A DNA stretch of 64,000 bases from positions 5,907 to 69,906 of the IMG/VR virus record IMGVR_UViG_3300044643_001926. The stretch is one strand, 5' to 3'. The stretch is from a virus. Positions 54,952-64,000 of the stretch are shown here, piece by piece (positions within the stretch are counted from its first letter, which is position 1; each line of letters opens with the position of its first letter). The notes under the pieces were generated by a model. The model was not told the DNA's origin and made no database searches. It worked only from the letters and a program-made list of their open reading frames with translations. The translations under genes were made by a program, and so were the position numbers.

Positions 54952-56730
54952 GTGGCGATGAGTGTTTGCAGTCTCATTAAGCCCGGCGAACCGCAGCCCG
55001 CGGGATACTTTCCGCGTTACGGGTTTTGGTGGCAAAAGGACACCGCCGATTGGGCGGTCGAGCTTTACTGCTTCCGTCAAAAAGAGCGGGTGGGGGAGAT
55101 GCTTGCCAAGGAAGCCCACTTCAAAAACGCGGCCCAAATGTTCTTCCACAAGAAGACGGAGAACTTTATCTGGCATCCGTGGGCGGACGATATGCTTTAC
55201 GAGTGCTGTCATAGCAAGTTTGTCGGTTTCGCAGGCTGCGGCTCGTCCGGCAAGTCGGAATTCATGGCGGTCTGGGCTTTGCTGAATTGGCTGGCCGCGC
55301 CATTCCACACGCTCTCATTGGTCACATCCACGAGCATTCGTGACGCGAAGAAACGGGTCTGGGGTGCAATCCAGAGGTATTGGCCGTGCATCAAGCATGT
55401 CGCGCCCGGAAAATTGGCAGACACTCCGACTCCGGCCATCTACACGATCCGGAACGGCGAGCGGATGGAGCAAGCGGGTGTGTATCTGATTCCGGCCGAG
55501 GCGAAAAAGACCTCGGAAGTCACTGGCAAAATGAGGGGTATGAAGGCTCCGCGGGTGATCGTTGCGGCCGACGAGTTGAGTGAGTTGGGTCATGCCTTCC
55601 TCGACACGGCGATGTCGAACCTTTCGAACAACCCGTTTCTCCACATTTGTGCGGCGGCGAACCCTGTCTCCTACTACGATCCCTTCGGGCGATTCGTCGA
55701 GCCGATCAACGGGTGGGGGAGCATTACGGTCAACGACGAGAAGTGGGAAACCAAGCTGGGTGGCGTTTGTCTCCACCTCGATGCGCTCAAGAATCCGAAC
55801 TACTTGGCCGGTGAGAACAAGTGGCCGATCCAGAAGTGGGAGAAGATCGACGAGGCTCGTGAACGACTCGGTGAGGACAACCCGATTTTTTGGAGAGACT
55901 ACAGAGGTTTTTGGCCACCGCAGGCGGTCAGCAAAGCCATCTATTCTGAGGCCGAAATCATCCGCTTCCAAGCCGATCAGAAGCCCATGTGGAGGGGCCG
56001 CGTCGAACGAATCGTCGGCATCGACCCCTCCTTTGTGAGCGGCGGGGACAGATGTGTGATTTATCTAGGTTCGTTTGGACAGAACAAAGACGGGGTCGAT
56101 CAGGTTTCCTTCGACGAATTCCACTACCTCGACGAGGAGGCGAGCAACCCCGAGCCGCGAACCTTCCAGATTGCCAAGAAGATCAAAGACATCGTGGTCA
56201 AAGCTGGGGTGCCGTGGCGAAACATCGGGGTCGACGTGACGGGCGGCGGTGTCCCGTTCTGCGATGCCCTGGCCACGGTCTGCGGATCGAATGAGTTCCT
56301 CCGGGTCCACTTCGGCGGTGCTCCCTCGGGGCGCTCGCTCTCGGCTTACGATGCGACCGCGGCCCAAGATAAATACGTCAACCGCGTGACCGAGCTTTGG
56401 TTCGGCGCGAAGGAGTTTTTGCAGAATGGTCAGTTACGAGGGATCGGGCCGGATCTGGCTCGGGAGATGACCAGCCGGAACTACGACACCCGTAAGTCCG
56501 GATCGATGAAGGTGGTCGTCGAGTCGAAAACCGATATGAAGGCCAGGATCGGCCGATCGCCCGACGTGGCTGACGCCGCCTTCGTCATGCTCGATGTTGT
56601 CCGTGAACGGTTCGGGCTGCGTCCTCCCCAAGAGACTGGCGGGAGTCGCCGCGGGATGAGCAGTTGGAAGTCGACGATGACTTCGAAGTATGCCCCGCGG
56701 CGGTCGGGTCAGTTGCTCCAATCATTTTGA
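54952..56730 (+). CDS. terL: terminase large subunit
   Basis: Walker A GCGSSGKS, Walker B VIVAADE, AANP, nuclease VGIDPS, VDVTG, SPDVADA. Confidence 0.92.
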   Translation: MAMSVCSLIKPGEPQPAGYFPRYGFWWQKDTADWAVELYCFRQKERVGEMLAKEAHFKNAAQMFFHKKTENFIWHPWADDMLYECCHSKFVGFAGCGSSGKSEFMAVWALLNWLAAPFHTLSLVTSTSIRDAKKRVWGAIQRYWPCIKHVAPGKLADTPTPAIYTIRNGERMEQAGVYLIPAEAKKTSEVTGKMRGMKAPRVIVAADELSELGHAFLDTAMSNLSNNPFLHICAAANPVSYYDPFGRFVEPINGWGSITVNDEKWETKLGGVCLHLDALKNPNYLAGENKWPIQKWEKIDEARERLGEDNPIFWRDYRGFWPPQAVSKAIYSEAEIIRFQADQKPMWRGRVERIVGIDPSFVSGGDRCVIYLGSFGQNKDGVDQVSFDEFHYLDEEASNPEPRTFQIAKKIKDIVVKAGVPWRNIGVDVTGGGVPFCDALATVCGSNEFLRVHFGGAPSGRSLSAYDATAAQDKYVNRVTELWFGAKEFLQNGQLRGIGPDLAREMTSRNYDTRKSGSMKVVVESKTDMKARIGRSPDVADAAFVMLDVVRERFGLRPPQETGGSRRGMSSWKSTMTSKYAPRRSGQLLQSF

Positions 56731-56750
56731 GGATGTATCATAACACCTTA

Positions 56751-56933
56751 ATGCCATCATACTTTCCAGAAGGTGACACCCCATTGCCGAGCGACAGCTT
56801 TGAGCGGCTTTTGCAGAAAGCTCTGTCGCTCGTCAGCAGCAAGCTGAACGGGTCCTATGCACCGCTTCCGACCGACTCCAACGAGACGCTGATGTTTAAG
56901 TTTGTCAGCGCCCTCAACGAGCTTAATGCCTAG
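56751..56933 (+). CDS. small protein with MPSYFPE N-terminal motif
   Basis: 60 aa; motif shared with the ORFs at 56926 and 63160. Confidence 0.6.
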   Translation: MPSYFPEGDTPLPSDSFERLLQKALSLVSSKLNGSYAPLPTDSNETLMFKFVSALNELNA

Positions 56934-58263
56934 CTATTTCCCAGAGAATAACGCGGCGTTGGCCGGCGACTCTTTGGAGCGTTCGATGGCCAAAGTTGTA
57001 GGCGGTTTGCCTCCGGCTTTGGATTTCATGTTCGGTTCATTCTACCGGAATTTTGTCAGTAAGAAGACGCTTAATCACGGGATTGGATCGGCAATCAATT
57101 TTACGAGGGCATCGAACGCCACCTTCTTCGACGCCGACGGCACCTTAAAAATCGCAGGAACCAACGTCCCCCGCTTCGACCACGATCCGGTGACCGGTGA
57201 GTCGCGTGGGTTGCTGATTGAGGAGGCGCGGACGAATAGCCTTCAGCGCAGCGCCGAGCTTGATGACGCTGCGTGGTCAAAAACAAGGGCCACAATAACC
57301 GCCAATGCAGTGACGGCCCCTGATGGCACGTCGAGCGCAGACAAACTTATTGAAGATACAACACCCACGAACAGTCATCGCGCAGGATCTCCAAGTTACT
57401 CGGTTGTCAGCGGCACTGCTTATACATTTTCTGTTTTTCTAAAAAGTGCAGAAAGAGCCAACGCGCAAATCTCAATGCACATTGTCAATGCTGGCAATGC
57501 CTTTACAACCCTACCATCCATATTCGTCAATCTTGACACTGGAGCCATTACCAATGCCAGCGCCACCGTTACAAATTCTTCTATAGCGAGCGTTGGCAAC
57601 GGTTGGTGGCGTGTCTCAATATCAGCAACGGCCACTTCGTCGGCAACGCAAAATGCGGGTATTAACTTGTTGGACAATCCATCTGGCGGCAACTACACCG
57701 GCGACGGCACCTCCGGCCTCTACATCTGGGGCGCCCAACTAGAAGCAGGCGCCTTCCCCACCAGCTACATCCCGACGACATCCGCCGCCGCTACACGCGC
57801 AGCGGATAGTGCCGTCGTTACGCCGATTAGCTCGTTCTATAATCAGATTGAGGGGACAGTGTTTGCGGAGTATGCCGGAGCCCGCGGCAATCGTGGAGTT
57901 CTCCAATTTAACAACAACACAAACGACGAGCGAATTGGTATTATTACCAGTGACAACAGCACTCCGTTTCTATCGGCAGTAAGTGGCGCAACTAGTCAGG
58001 CAGTCATTGGTGTTGGCTCGGTGCCGCAAATTCAAGATGTCATCAAATTCGCGGGCGCATTTAAGCGAAACGATTTTCAAGCGGCGAGAGGTGGAACCCT
58101 TGGCGTGGCAGACACGTCGGGCAATATGCCAGCCGCACAATCAACGCATTGCTATATCGGGTCTATTGCGCTCGGCGGGAACAACGCCAACTGCCACATC
58201 CGCAAGATCGCCTACTGGCCCAAGCGCCTCCCCGACACGCTCCTCCGGCAGCTAACAACCTAA
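56926..58263 (+). CDS. virion spike/fibre-type protein with lectin-like beta-sandwich domains
   Basis: 'FTRAS.AT..PRFDHDP.TG..GLLIEE.RTN', 'WGAQLEAGAFPTSYIPT', 'RKIAYWPKRL'. Confidence 0.8.
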   Translation: MPSYFPENNAALAGDSLERSMAKVVGGLPPALDFMFGSFYRNFVSKKTLNHGIGSAINFTRASNATFFDADGTLKIAGTNVPRFDHDPVTGESRGLLIEEARTNSLQRSAELDDAAWSKTRATITANAVTAPDGTSSADKLIEDTTPTNSHRAGSPSYSVVSGTAYTFSVFLKSAERANAQISMHIVNAGNAFTTLPSIFVNLDTGAITNASATVTNSSIASVGNGWWRVSISATATSSATQNAGINLLDNPSGGNYTGDGTSGLYIWGAQLEAGAFPTSYIPTTSAAATRAADSAVVTPISSFYNQIEGTVFAEYAGARGNRGVLQFNNNTNDERIGIITSDNSTPFLSAVSGATSQAVIGVGSVPQIQDVIKFAGAFKRNDFQAARGGTLGVADTSGNMPAAQSTHCYIGSIALGGNNANCHIRKIAYWPKRLPDTLLRQLTT

Positions 58264-58314
58264 AGAACCTCCGCGTTTGGTTGTAATACCATTCGGCGGT
58301 ATAATAACCGCACA

Positions 58315-58500
58315 ATGTCGTATCGCGTCACAGTTGAAGAGCTTCGCAAGAATGCACCGCCACTGCGGATGATTTCGCTGACCGCGCCGGATTGGCTTCA
58401 GGCCGTCGATGCGGTGACCGAGGTGTTGTCCAAGGAAGACACTATGTTCCAAGAGGACGAGACCGAAACACGCGAAGAAGCTAACGACGATTGGTCGTGA
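58315..58500 (+). CDS. hypothetical protein
   Basis: 61 aa, preceded by the TAATAACCGCACA motif. Confidence 0.55.
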   Translation: MSYRVTVEELRKNAPPLRMISLTAPDWLQAVDAVTEVLSKEDTMFQEDETETREEANDDWS

Positions 58501-59471
58501 ATTATTTCCACTCCGGAGACTTGGGGGATGTCCTCTACGCGCTGCCCTCGATGAGGGAACTCGGGCGCGGGGATCTGTATCTGAACTCCCGTCCGTGGAC
58601 CGCAAAGATGACGCCCGAGCGGGCCAACGTGCTTCGTCCGCTCCTCGAATCCCAAGACTACATCGGCAAGGTGATTCACGGGGATGCGCCGAAGAACGAG
58701 CACTGCGTCAATTTCTCCACGTTCCGTAATGGCGGGCTGATCTACGGGGTCAGCCTGATGGAACTGCAAAGCGATTGGGTCAATGCGAACGCGGTGCCTG
58801 ATCCTTGGTTAAAAGTTTCCCCCTCGGCGCGGGCACGGGGGCGGGTCGTCTGTCACCGCAGCCCGCGCTACCACAACCCTTACTTCCGGTGGGATCTTAT
58901 CGGTGAAGCCCTCGGCACGAAGATGCTCTTTGTCGGGTTGCCGCACGAGGTCGAGGAACTGCGTCGGGTGACCAAGGTCCATGCCGAGTATGCCATCACC
59001 AACGACTACCTCGAACTGGCCAAGCTGATCGCGGGGGCGGATCTCTTTATCGGCAACCAGTCGAGCCCGATGGGCTTGGCTATTGGACTTGGAGTGCCCT
59101 TCATCCAAGAGACGTGTCTGTGGACGCCGGACTGTCTCTACCCGCGCAAAGACGGCACCTATTGTTATGACGGTGGGATATCCCACTTCGAGATCCCGCC
59201 CTTCAGTCCGCCGCCGGATGTCGACCGCAACGCGCTCCCGCCGGGCGGATGGCAAGTGATCTCCCGCAGCACGGGCGAGCGTGTCACGCTCAAGAGCCAC
59301 CGCCTCGCGACCCGTCACCTCTACAAGACCGACCGCTTTTTCACCGAGACAGATGCCGCCGTCGAGGTCGATCGGCAGAATGCACTCCGCATTCCGCACC
59401 TCGTCCGGCGCAACTCGACCTTTGAAATCTTCGGCAAGGTGGCACCTTTAGTCCACGCCGTTGCTGCATGA
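58497..59471 (+). CDS. GT9-like (heptosyltransferase-like) glycosyltransferase
   Basis: 'HSGDLGDVLYALP', 'LAKLIAGADLFIGNQSSP..LA.GLG.P'. Confidence 0.75.
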   Translation: MNYFHSGDLGDVLYALPSMRELGRGDLYLNSRPWTAKMTPERANVLRPLLESQDYIGKVIHGDAPKNEHCVNFSTFRNGGLIYGVSLMELQSDWVNANAVPDPWLKVSPSARARGRVVCHRSPRYHNPYFRWDLIGEALGTKMLFVGLPHEVEELRRVTKVHAEYAITNDYLELAKLIAGADLFIGNQSSPMGLAIGLGVPFIQETCLWTPDCLYPRKDGTYCYDGGISHFEIPPFSPPPDVDRNALPPGGWQVISRSTGERVTLKSHRLATRHLYKTDRFFTETDAAVEVDRQNALRIPHLVRRNSTFEIFGKVAPLVHAVAA

Positions 59472-59860
59472 CTGACTGTGAAAAAGGCACCTCGGCCGAG
59501 GTAAGGTTTATTTATGAAGCCGATGGGCGTGGCTGGAAAGTCTACGTGCCGCTCGGTCATGCCCATGCCGCCGACCTCGTCATTCTCCGTCCCCCGAAAC
59601 GACCCATCAGTGTTCAGGTAAAAACCGCGACCTTTAACCCGCACCGCAATAACTACGGAGTGATGACGAGCCGCGGCAAGAAAACCAAGAAGGCTTATGC
59701 TCGCGGCGACTTCCAGATCCTCGCCGCCTGGCTTCCCGACCTGAAGCAGTTCGTCCTCTGGCGATTTGACGAGATTAAGAAAAGGAAGAAGATTTGCTAT
59801 TCGCCGCGGCTCCACCGTCAGCCGGATAATTGGGAAATCCTCGACACCGTGCTAAAGTAA
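59468..59860 (+). CDS. PD-(D/E)XK endonuclease (homing-type)
   Basis: 'KG..AE..F..V..P......DLV......VQVKT..Y...DF'. Confidence 0.8.
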   Translation: MTDCEKGTSAEVRFIYEADGRGWKVYVPLGHAHAADLVILRPPKRPISVQVKTATFNPHRNNYGVMTSRGKKTKKAYARGDFQILAAWLPDLKQFVLWRFDEIKKRKKICYSPRLHRQPDNWEILDTVLK

Positions 59861-59874
59861 TAACTCCGTAAACC

Positions 59875-60630
59875 ATGCTCCTCGTCCTGCCCGTTTCCCA
59901 AGTCGACCTCAAGCTCGCCACCAAGCTGGCCGGGCACATGGCGCTTTTAGGGAATCTGAGTCGGCACAAACTCTTGGTCGTCGGGGCTTACAATACTTTT
60001 GCCGACGCTGCTGCTTTGAGAGAGCAACTAGCCCCGCTTTTCTCTGAGTCTAACTTTTTTGTCCCTGATTCCGAGTGCGAACTCGGCTGGCCCCAGAGTG
60101 CCAACCACCTCTGGGCGCGGACGGTTCGCCACCTCCAGCACAGTGGAAACAAGGACACTTGGTATTGGTTCGAGGCCGACAACACCCCGATCCGTGAAGA
60201 TTGGCTCGATGCGATCGAGACCGAATACAACCAAGCCCAGAAACCTTTCCTTGGAGCCATCCAAGTGACCCGGATGCTGGATCGCAAGACCGGCGAATTC
60301 GTCAAAGTCGACGGCGAGCACGTCATTGGCACCTGTGTTTATCCGGCTGATTTTCCGACCCGCTCGCTCTTGTGGAGCTATGTCCGCACCGACGACGGCC
60401 CGAACGTCGAGCCCTTCGACGTTTACCTCCGCCACGAGATGCGCCCGCACACCGCGGTATCACAGTTGATACACAACAACTGGCGCACGAAGAACTACGA
60501 GATCGATGAAGACGGGCGCATCTACTGCGATCCGATCGACGACAAATCGGTCTATGGCCCCGTGCCGACCAACGCCGCCGTCGTCCACGGTTGTAAAGAC
60601 GGCTCACTTATCGAAGCCCTGCAAAAATGA
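59875..60630 (+). CDS. putative glycosyltransferase (GT-A-like)
   Basis: 'WYWFEADNTP...W', 'G..VYP', 'FD', 'VHGCKDGSL'. Confidence 0.5.
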   Translation: MLLVLPVSQVDLKLATKLAGHMALLGNLSRHKLLVVGAYNTFADAAALREQLAPLFSESNFFVPDSECELGWPQSANHLWARTVRHLQHSGNKDTWYWFEADNTPIREDWLDAIETEYNQAQKPFLGAIQVTRMLDRKTGEFVKVDGEHVIGTCVYPADFPTRSLLWSYVRTDDGPNVEPFDVYLRHEMRPHTAVSQLIHNNWRTKNYEIDEDGRIYCDPIDDKSVYGPVPTNAAVVHGCKDGSLIEALQK

Positions 60631-62939
60631 CAAATTCCGAACTAGCACCCCTCGAACTTCTCGGCCTTGAAGAGAACGGCCGCGCCCCCAAGATGCGCGT
60701 GGACAATGTAAACAGCGCCCGCTCGATCTACAAAGCGATCAAGGACTCCGACCAAGGCTCCAGTAAAAACCGCGCCCTGGTTGACGCGATGTTCAATGGT
60801 GCCGCCCCTTTCAACCAGCAAGACTTGATTGAAATGGGCCAAGGCGAGCGCACGAATCTCGACTTTGGTGAAGCCTCCGCCCTGAAAGAGCAAGCCCTCG
60901 CCGGATACTACGACCTCACCTCGTCCGTCGATGTCTTGGCCCGCATTTCGATCGACTTCGGTTCCCCCGAGCAGAAGGTCGAGTGGGAGCGCATCCTGGC
61001 GGAAGAATTCACGCGGACGCTCAAAGAGTGGCAGGAATTCGAGTTCAACCACCAGATGCTTGCCGACCAGTTTGTCTCGCACGGAGTCGGCGTTTGTTAC
61101 TTTGAGGATGAGGTCGATTGGCGTTGGCGTGTGGCCGGACTCTCCGAGTTCCGGTTGCCACGTGGAACACGCGCCTCCGAATGGGAGATCGAGGTCGCCA
61201 CGGTTGATCGCGAATACCAAGCCCACCAGCTTTACAAATTCATCGAAGACCCCGCCGTGGCCAAAGACCTGGGGTGGAACGTCAAGATGGTGAAACAGGC
61301 GTTAATCCGCGCTTGCCGCGACAGTTCGTTCCAAGAGGCCGGCGAGTGGGAGAAGCTGGAGGTCGAACTTAAAAATAACGACCTCCTCTACGGCAACAGC
61401 CGTGGCAAGAAAGTCCACGTTGTGCACATGTGGGTGCGCGAGTTTGACGGCAAGGTCAGCCACCTCATGTTCCTCAAGGATCCGATCGGTTCGGATGAGA
61501 ACGCCAAGGAGGAGGACTTTCTCTTCAAGCGCCCGAATCGTTTCGCCGCCCCGACGAACTGCTTCGTTACTTTTTGCTATGGCGTCGGCAACGGCACCTA
61601 CCACGGAATCCGCGGGCTTGGATACAAGGTGTATCCACACATTCAGCTTTTGAATCGTCTGCGCTGCGGCATGGTCGATGGCGCGTTGCTCTCCTCGGCC
61701 CTGATCGTCCAGCCCGGCGACAATGGTTCCCGCGCCCTCGAAGACCTGACCCTTTCCTACTACGGCCCCTACGCGCTGTTTCCCCCAGGGCTGAAGATCG
61801 TCGAGAAGGCGATCCCGAACTACAACCAGAACCTCATGCCGGTCTTAAACGACCTGACCATGAACATGCAAAACCGGACGATCGGCTACCAGTCCCGCTC
61901 GATCACTCCGGATGGTCAATCCCGCACTGCGTATGAAGTTCGCGCCCAGTTGCAGCAAGAAGCCGTGCTCGGGGCCGCGGCGATCAATCTTTTCTACCAG
62001 CCTTGGAAACGTCTCCTTCGGGAAGCATACAGGCGTTTAGTGTCACGTGATTATGCCGCGAACGAGCCCGGCGGTCGCGAAGCCGTCGACTTCAAGAAGC
62101 GTTGTATTGCCCGCGGAGTGCCGACCGAAGCGATCCATCGTTTCTCTACGGTCGAGCCCGTTCGCGCCATCGGTTACGGAAGCCCTGGGATGCGCTCGGC
62201 CGCGATCGACGAGACGATGTCCATCTTCGGTTCCTTGGACGAGATGGGGCGGGTTAATCTCTTGCGCGACCGCATTGCCGCCCGCTTTGGGCAGGAAGTG
62301 GTCGACCGCTATTTGCCCTCGCCCGCGACCACGCTACGGACGCCGATCGACGACAAGATCGCGCTCTTGGAGAATGCCACGATGTCGGCCGGCACGGCGC
62401 TGCCCGTCTCCTCCGGCGAGAACCACTTCATCCACGCCAGCCGCCACCTGACGGCGCTCGATGGTCTCGACCAAGCGATCTCGCAAGGTCAGGCCGATCC
62501 TGCCGCCGCGCTCGCCGCTTACCAGACGATGTTGCCGCATCTCGGTGAACACTTGCAGTTGCTCGCTCCTGATGTGGCCCGCCAAGACCAGATCGGGCTC
62601 ATGCGCCAGCGGTTCCAGCAGTTGAACGCTTCCGGCCAGCGACTCGCTGACGAGTTGCAAGCCGCCGCCGAGCAGCAAGCCAAAGCCCAAGAGGCCGAGC
62701 AAGCCCGGGCGATCGAAGCCGAGCAAGCAAGGATTGCCGACATGGAGCGTCAGTTGGCCGATGCCCAGATGCTTTCACCCAAAGCCCAAGCCGACTTGGC
62801 CGAACGCCGAGCGAAGCTCCAGATGCAGATCGAGAAGCACCAAGTCGACATGCAGACCAAGCAGGCCAAGGTCATGCAGGATCTTGCGCTTAAAGACGCC
62901 CAGACCGCCGCGAAGATTGGTCCGGCGCAACCGATGTGA
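60627..62939 (+). CDS. portal protein
   Basis: 770 aa downstream of terL; helical; 'RTAYEV' motif and Gln/Ala-rich coiled-coil C-terminus typical of podovirus portals. Confidence 0.75.
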   Translation: MTNSELAPLELLGLEENGRAPKMRVDNVNSARSIYKAIKDSDQGSSKNRALVDAMFNGAAPFNQQDLIEMGQGERTNLDFGEASALKEQALAGYYDLTSSVDVLARISIDFGSPEQKVEWERILAEEFTRTLKEWQEFEFNHQMLADQFVSHGVGVCYFEDEVDWRWRVAGLSEFRLPRGTRASEWEIEVATVDREYQAHQLYKFIEDPAVAKDLGWNVKMVKQALIRACRDSSFQEAGEWEKLEVELKNNDLLYGNSRGKKVHVVHMWVREFDGKVSHLMFLKDPIGSDENAKEEDFLFKRPNRFAAPTNCFVTFCYGVGNGTYHGIRGLGYKVYPHIQLLNRLRCGMVDGALLSSALIVQPGDNGSRALEDLTLSYYGPYALFPPGLKIVEKAIPNYNQNLMPVLNDLTMNMQNRTIGYQSRSITPDGQSRTAYEVRAQLQQEAVLGAAAINLFYQPWKRLLREAYRRLVSRDYAANEPGGREAVDFKKRCIARGVPTEAIHRFSTVEPVRAIGYGSPGMRSAAIDETMSIFGSLDEMGRVNLLRDRIAARFGQEVVDRYLPSPATTLRTPIDDKIALLENATMSAGTALPVSSGENHFIHASRHLTALDGLDQAISQGQADPAAALAAYQTMLPHLGEHLQLLAPDVARQDQIGLMRQRFQQLNASGQRLADELQAAAEQQAKAQEAEQARAIEAEQARIADMERQLADAQMLSPKAQADLAERRAKLQMQIEKHQVDMQTKQAKVMQDLALKDAQTAAKIGPAQPM

Positions 62940-62942
62940 CCT

Positions 62943-63155
62943 ATGCCAAGAGACTACGCCCAGGAATACATTTACCACTCGTCCCCCGAGCAGAAGAAGC
63001 GTCGTGCCCAGCGCAACGCCGCCCGTCGCAAGATGGAGCGTGCTGGCCGCGTCTCCAAAGGCGACGGCAAGGACGTGCATCATAAAAACGGAATGAGTAA
63101 CCACTCCAGCAATCTGGCCGTGTTGCCGAGGTCCGTGAACCGGAGTATTAAGTAA
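62943..63155 (+). CDS. small HNH endonuclease-like protein
   Basis: 'RNAARR..GDGKDVHHK...N...NL......NRS'. Confidence 0.8.
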   Translation: MPRDYAQEYIYHSSPEQKKRRAQRNAARRKMERAGRVSKGDGKDVHHKNGMSNHSSNLAVLPRSVNRSIK

Positions 63156-63159
63156 TAAC

Positions 63160-63393
63160 ATGCCTGCTTATTATCCAGAAGGAAACACGCCCCTACGCGA
63201 GGACTATACCGAGCGGTCGTTGCAGAAAATCAACGACATCATGCACTCGAATACTCCGACCTGGGACGACATCGCGCTGACCTATGCCGGAAGCAACCTG
63301 ACGAAGGTCGAGTATAAGTTGAGCGGTCAGATCGTTGAGACCCGCAACTTCTCTTACACTGGCACGAACCTGACCCGCGTCCTGAAAAGCTAA
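63160..63393 (+). CDS. small virion protein with MPAYYPE N-terminal motif
   Basis: 77 aa, beta-rich C-terminal 'Y.G.NLT.V' repeats. Confidence 0.6.
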   Translation: MPAYYPEGNTPLREDYTERSLQKINDIMHSNTPTWDDIALTYAGSNLTKVEYKLSGQIVETRNFSYTGTNLTRVLKS

Positions 63394-64000
63394 TGGCTTG
63401 GAGCTTTAATCCCTTTACCGGCAACCTCGATATAGTCGGGGGTGGTGCCGTCGTTTTTGAAGGCGAGGTCGAGACCTTTGCCGACTTACCTGAGACGATC
63501 GGCGATCCGGCGGTTGGGGCTAGTTTCTTAGTGAGAAGTTCCACCGGCGTCTGGCTCGTCAACAGACGACAAGCAGGCATCTGGATTCGCAGGAACAATA
63601 CCGGCGTCCGGGCGACCGACTGGGAATACGGCGGCGACTACCCCGTGAATTCGGTCAATGGGCAGAGCGGGAATGTTGTCCTCGGGGCTGGTGACGTGGG
63701 GGCGCAGTGGCCGGAAGTTGTCAGTTCCATACTCGTGACAGGTGGCGACGTTAGCATACCCGCGGGGAGAAATCGTAGATTTAAGGTTACCTCCTATCCC
63801 GGAGGAACCATAACGCTCCCAGCGCAAGGAAACCAAAATGGCGATGTTGTTAAGTTCAACAACAATGTCATCCTGGCAAATGTTTTGATAAGACACCGTG
63901 TAGGTCCTCCAAATTCGTTGTCATACTTCACTCTCGCGACTTTAAGAGCTGGGTTTAATGACTCTTACACCGCGGTGTGGGACGGAGGAACTTGGGCCAT
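63393..64000 (+). CDS. fibre-like virion protein (truncated by the window end)
   Basis: MAWSFNPFTGNLD..; 'VNSVNGQSGNVVL.A.DVGA' fibre motif; open to the end of the window. Confidence 0.7.
   Translation, partial: MAWSFNPFTGNLDIVGGGAVVFEGEVETFADLPETIGDPAVGASFLVRSSTGVWLVNRRQAGIWIRRNNTGVRATDWEYGGDYPVNSVNGQSGNVVLGAGDVGAQWPEVVSSILVTGGDVSIPAGRNRRFKVTSYPGGTITLPAQGNQNGDVVKFNNNVILANVLIRHRVGPPNSLSYFTLATLRAGFNDSYTAVWDGGTWA

Overview
This 64 kb window is most of the genome of a temperate tailed phage, probably podovirus-like. It is in the non-integrated state: an intact attP-like copy of a tRNA 3' end sits next to the integrase, with phage genes on both sides. Layout: (1) 94-25704 (+) tail and internal-virion genes, including a tail fibre, an adaptor-like protein with 7 exact-period 104-aa repeats, and a 3738-aa polyvalent protein. 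(2) 25679-39505 (-) a dense array of small accessory/early genes, including an Ocr-like DNA mimic. (3) 39565-41220 small terminase-like gene and a long inverted-repeat region. (4) 41375-54703 (-) replication and lysogeny module: dCMP deaminase, primase-helicase, a split PolA, a helicase-nuclease fusion, resolvase, Xis/repressor-like genes and a tyrosine integrase. (5) 54952-64000 (+) TerL, glycosyltransferase-like genes, portal and virion genes. No major capsid gene was recognised. The three most notable signals are: 17 co-oriented copies of a 15-bp motif (minus strand STGCTGGCCTCTTAA, then a fixed-position YG) that divide the early region into gene cassettes and supply the stop codon of six ORFs; a PolA split inside its exonuclease domain by three genes, with in-phase microhomology at the junctions; and protein-like +1-frame ORFs nested inside the giant polyvalent gene next to its effector domains. 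All product calls come from motif recognition by eye; no searches were run.
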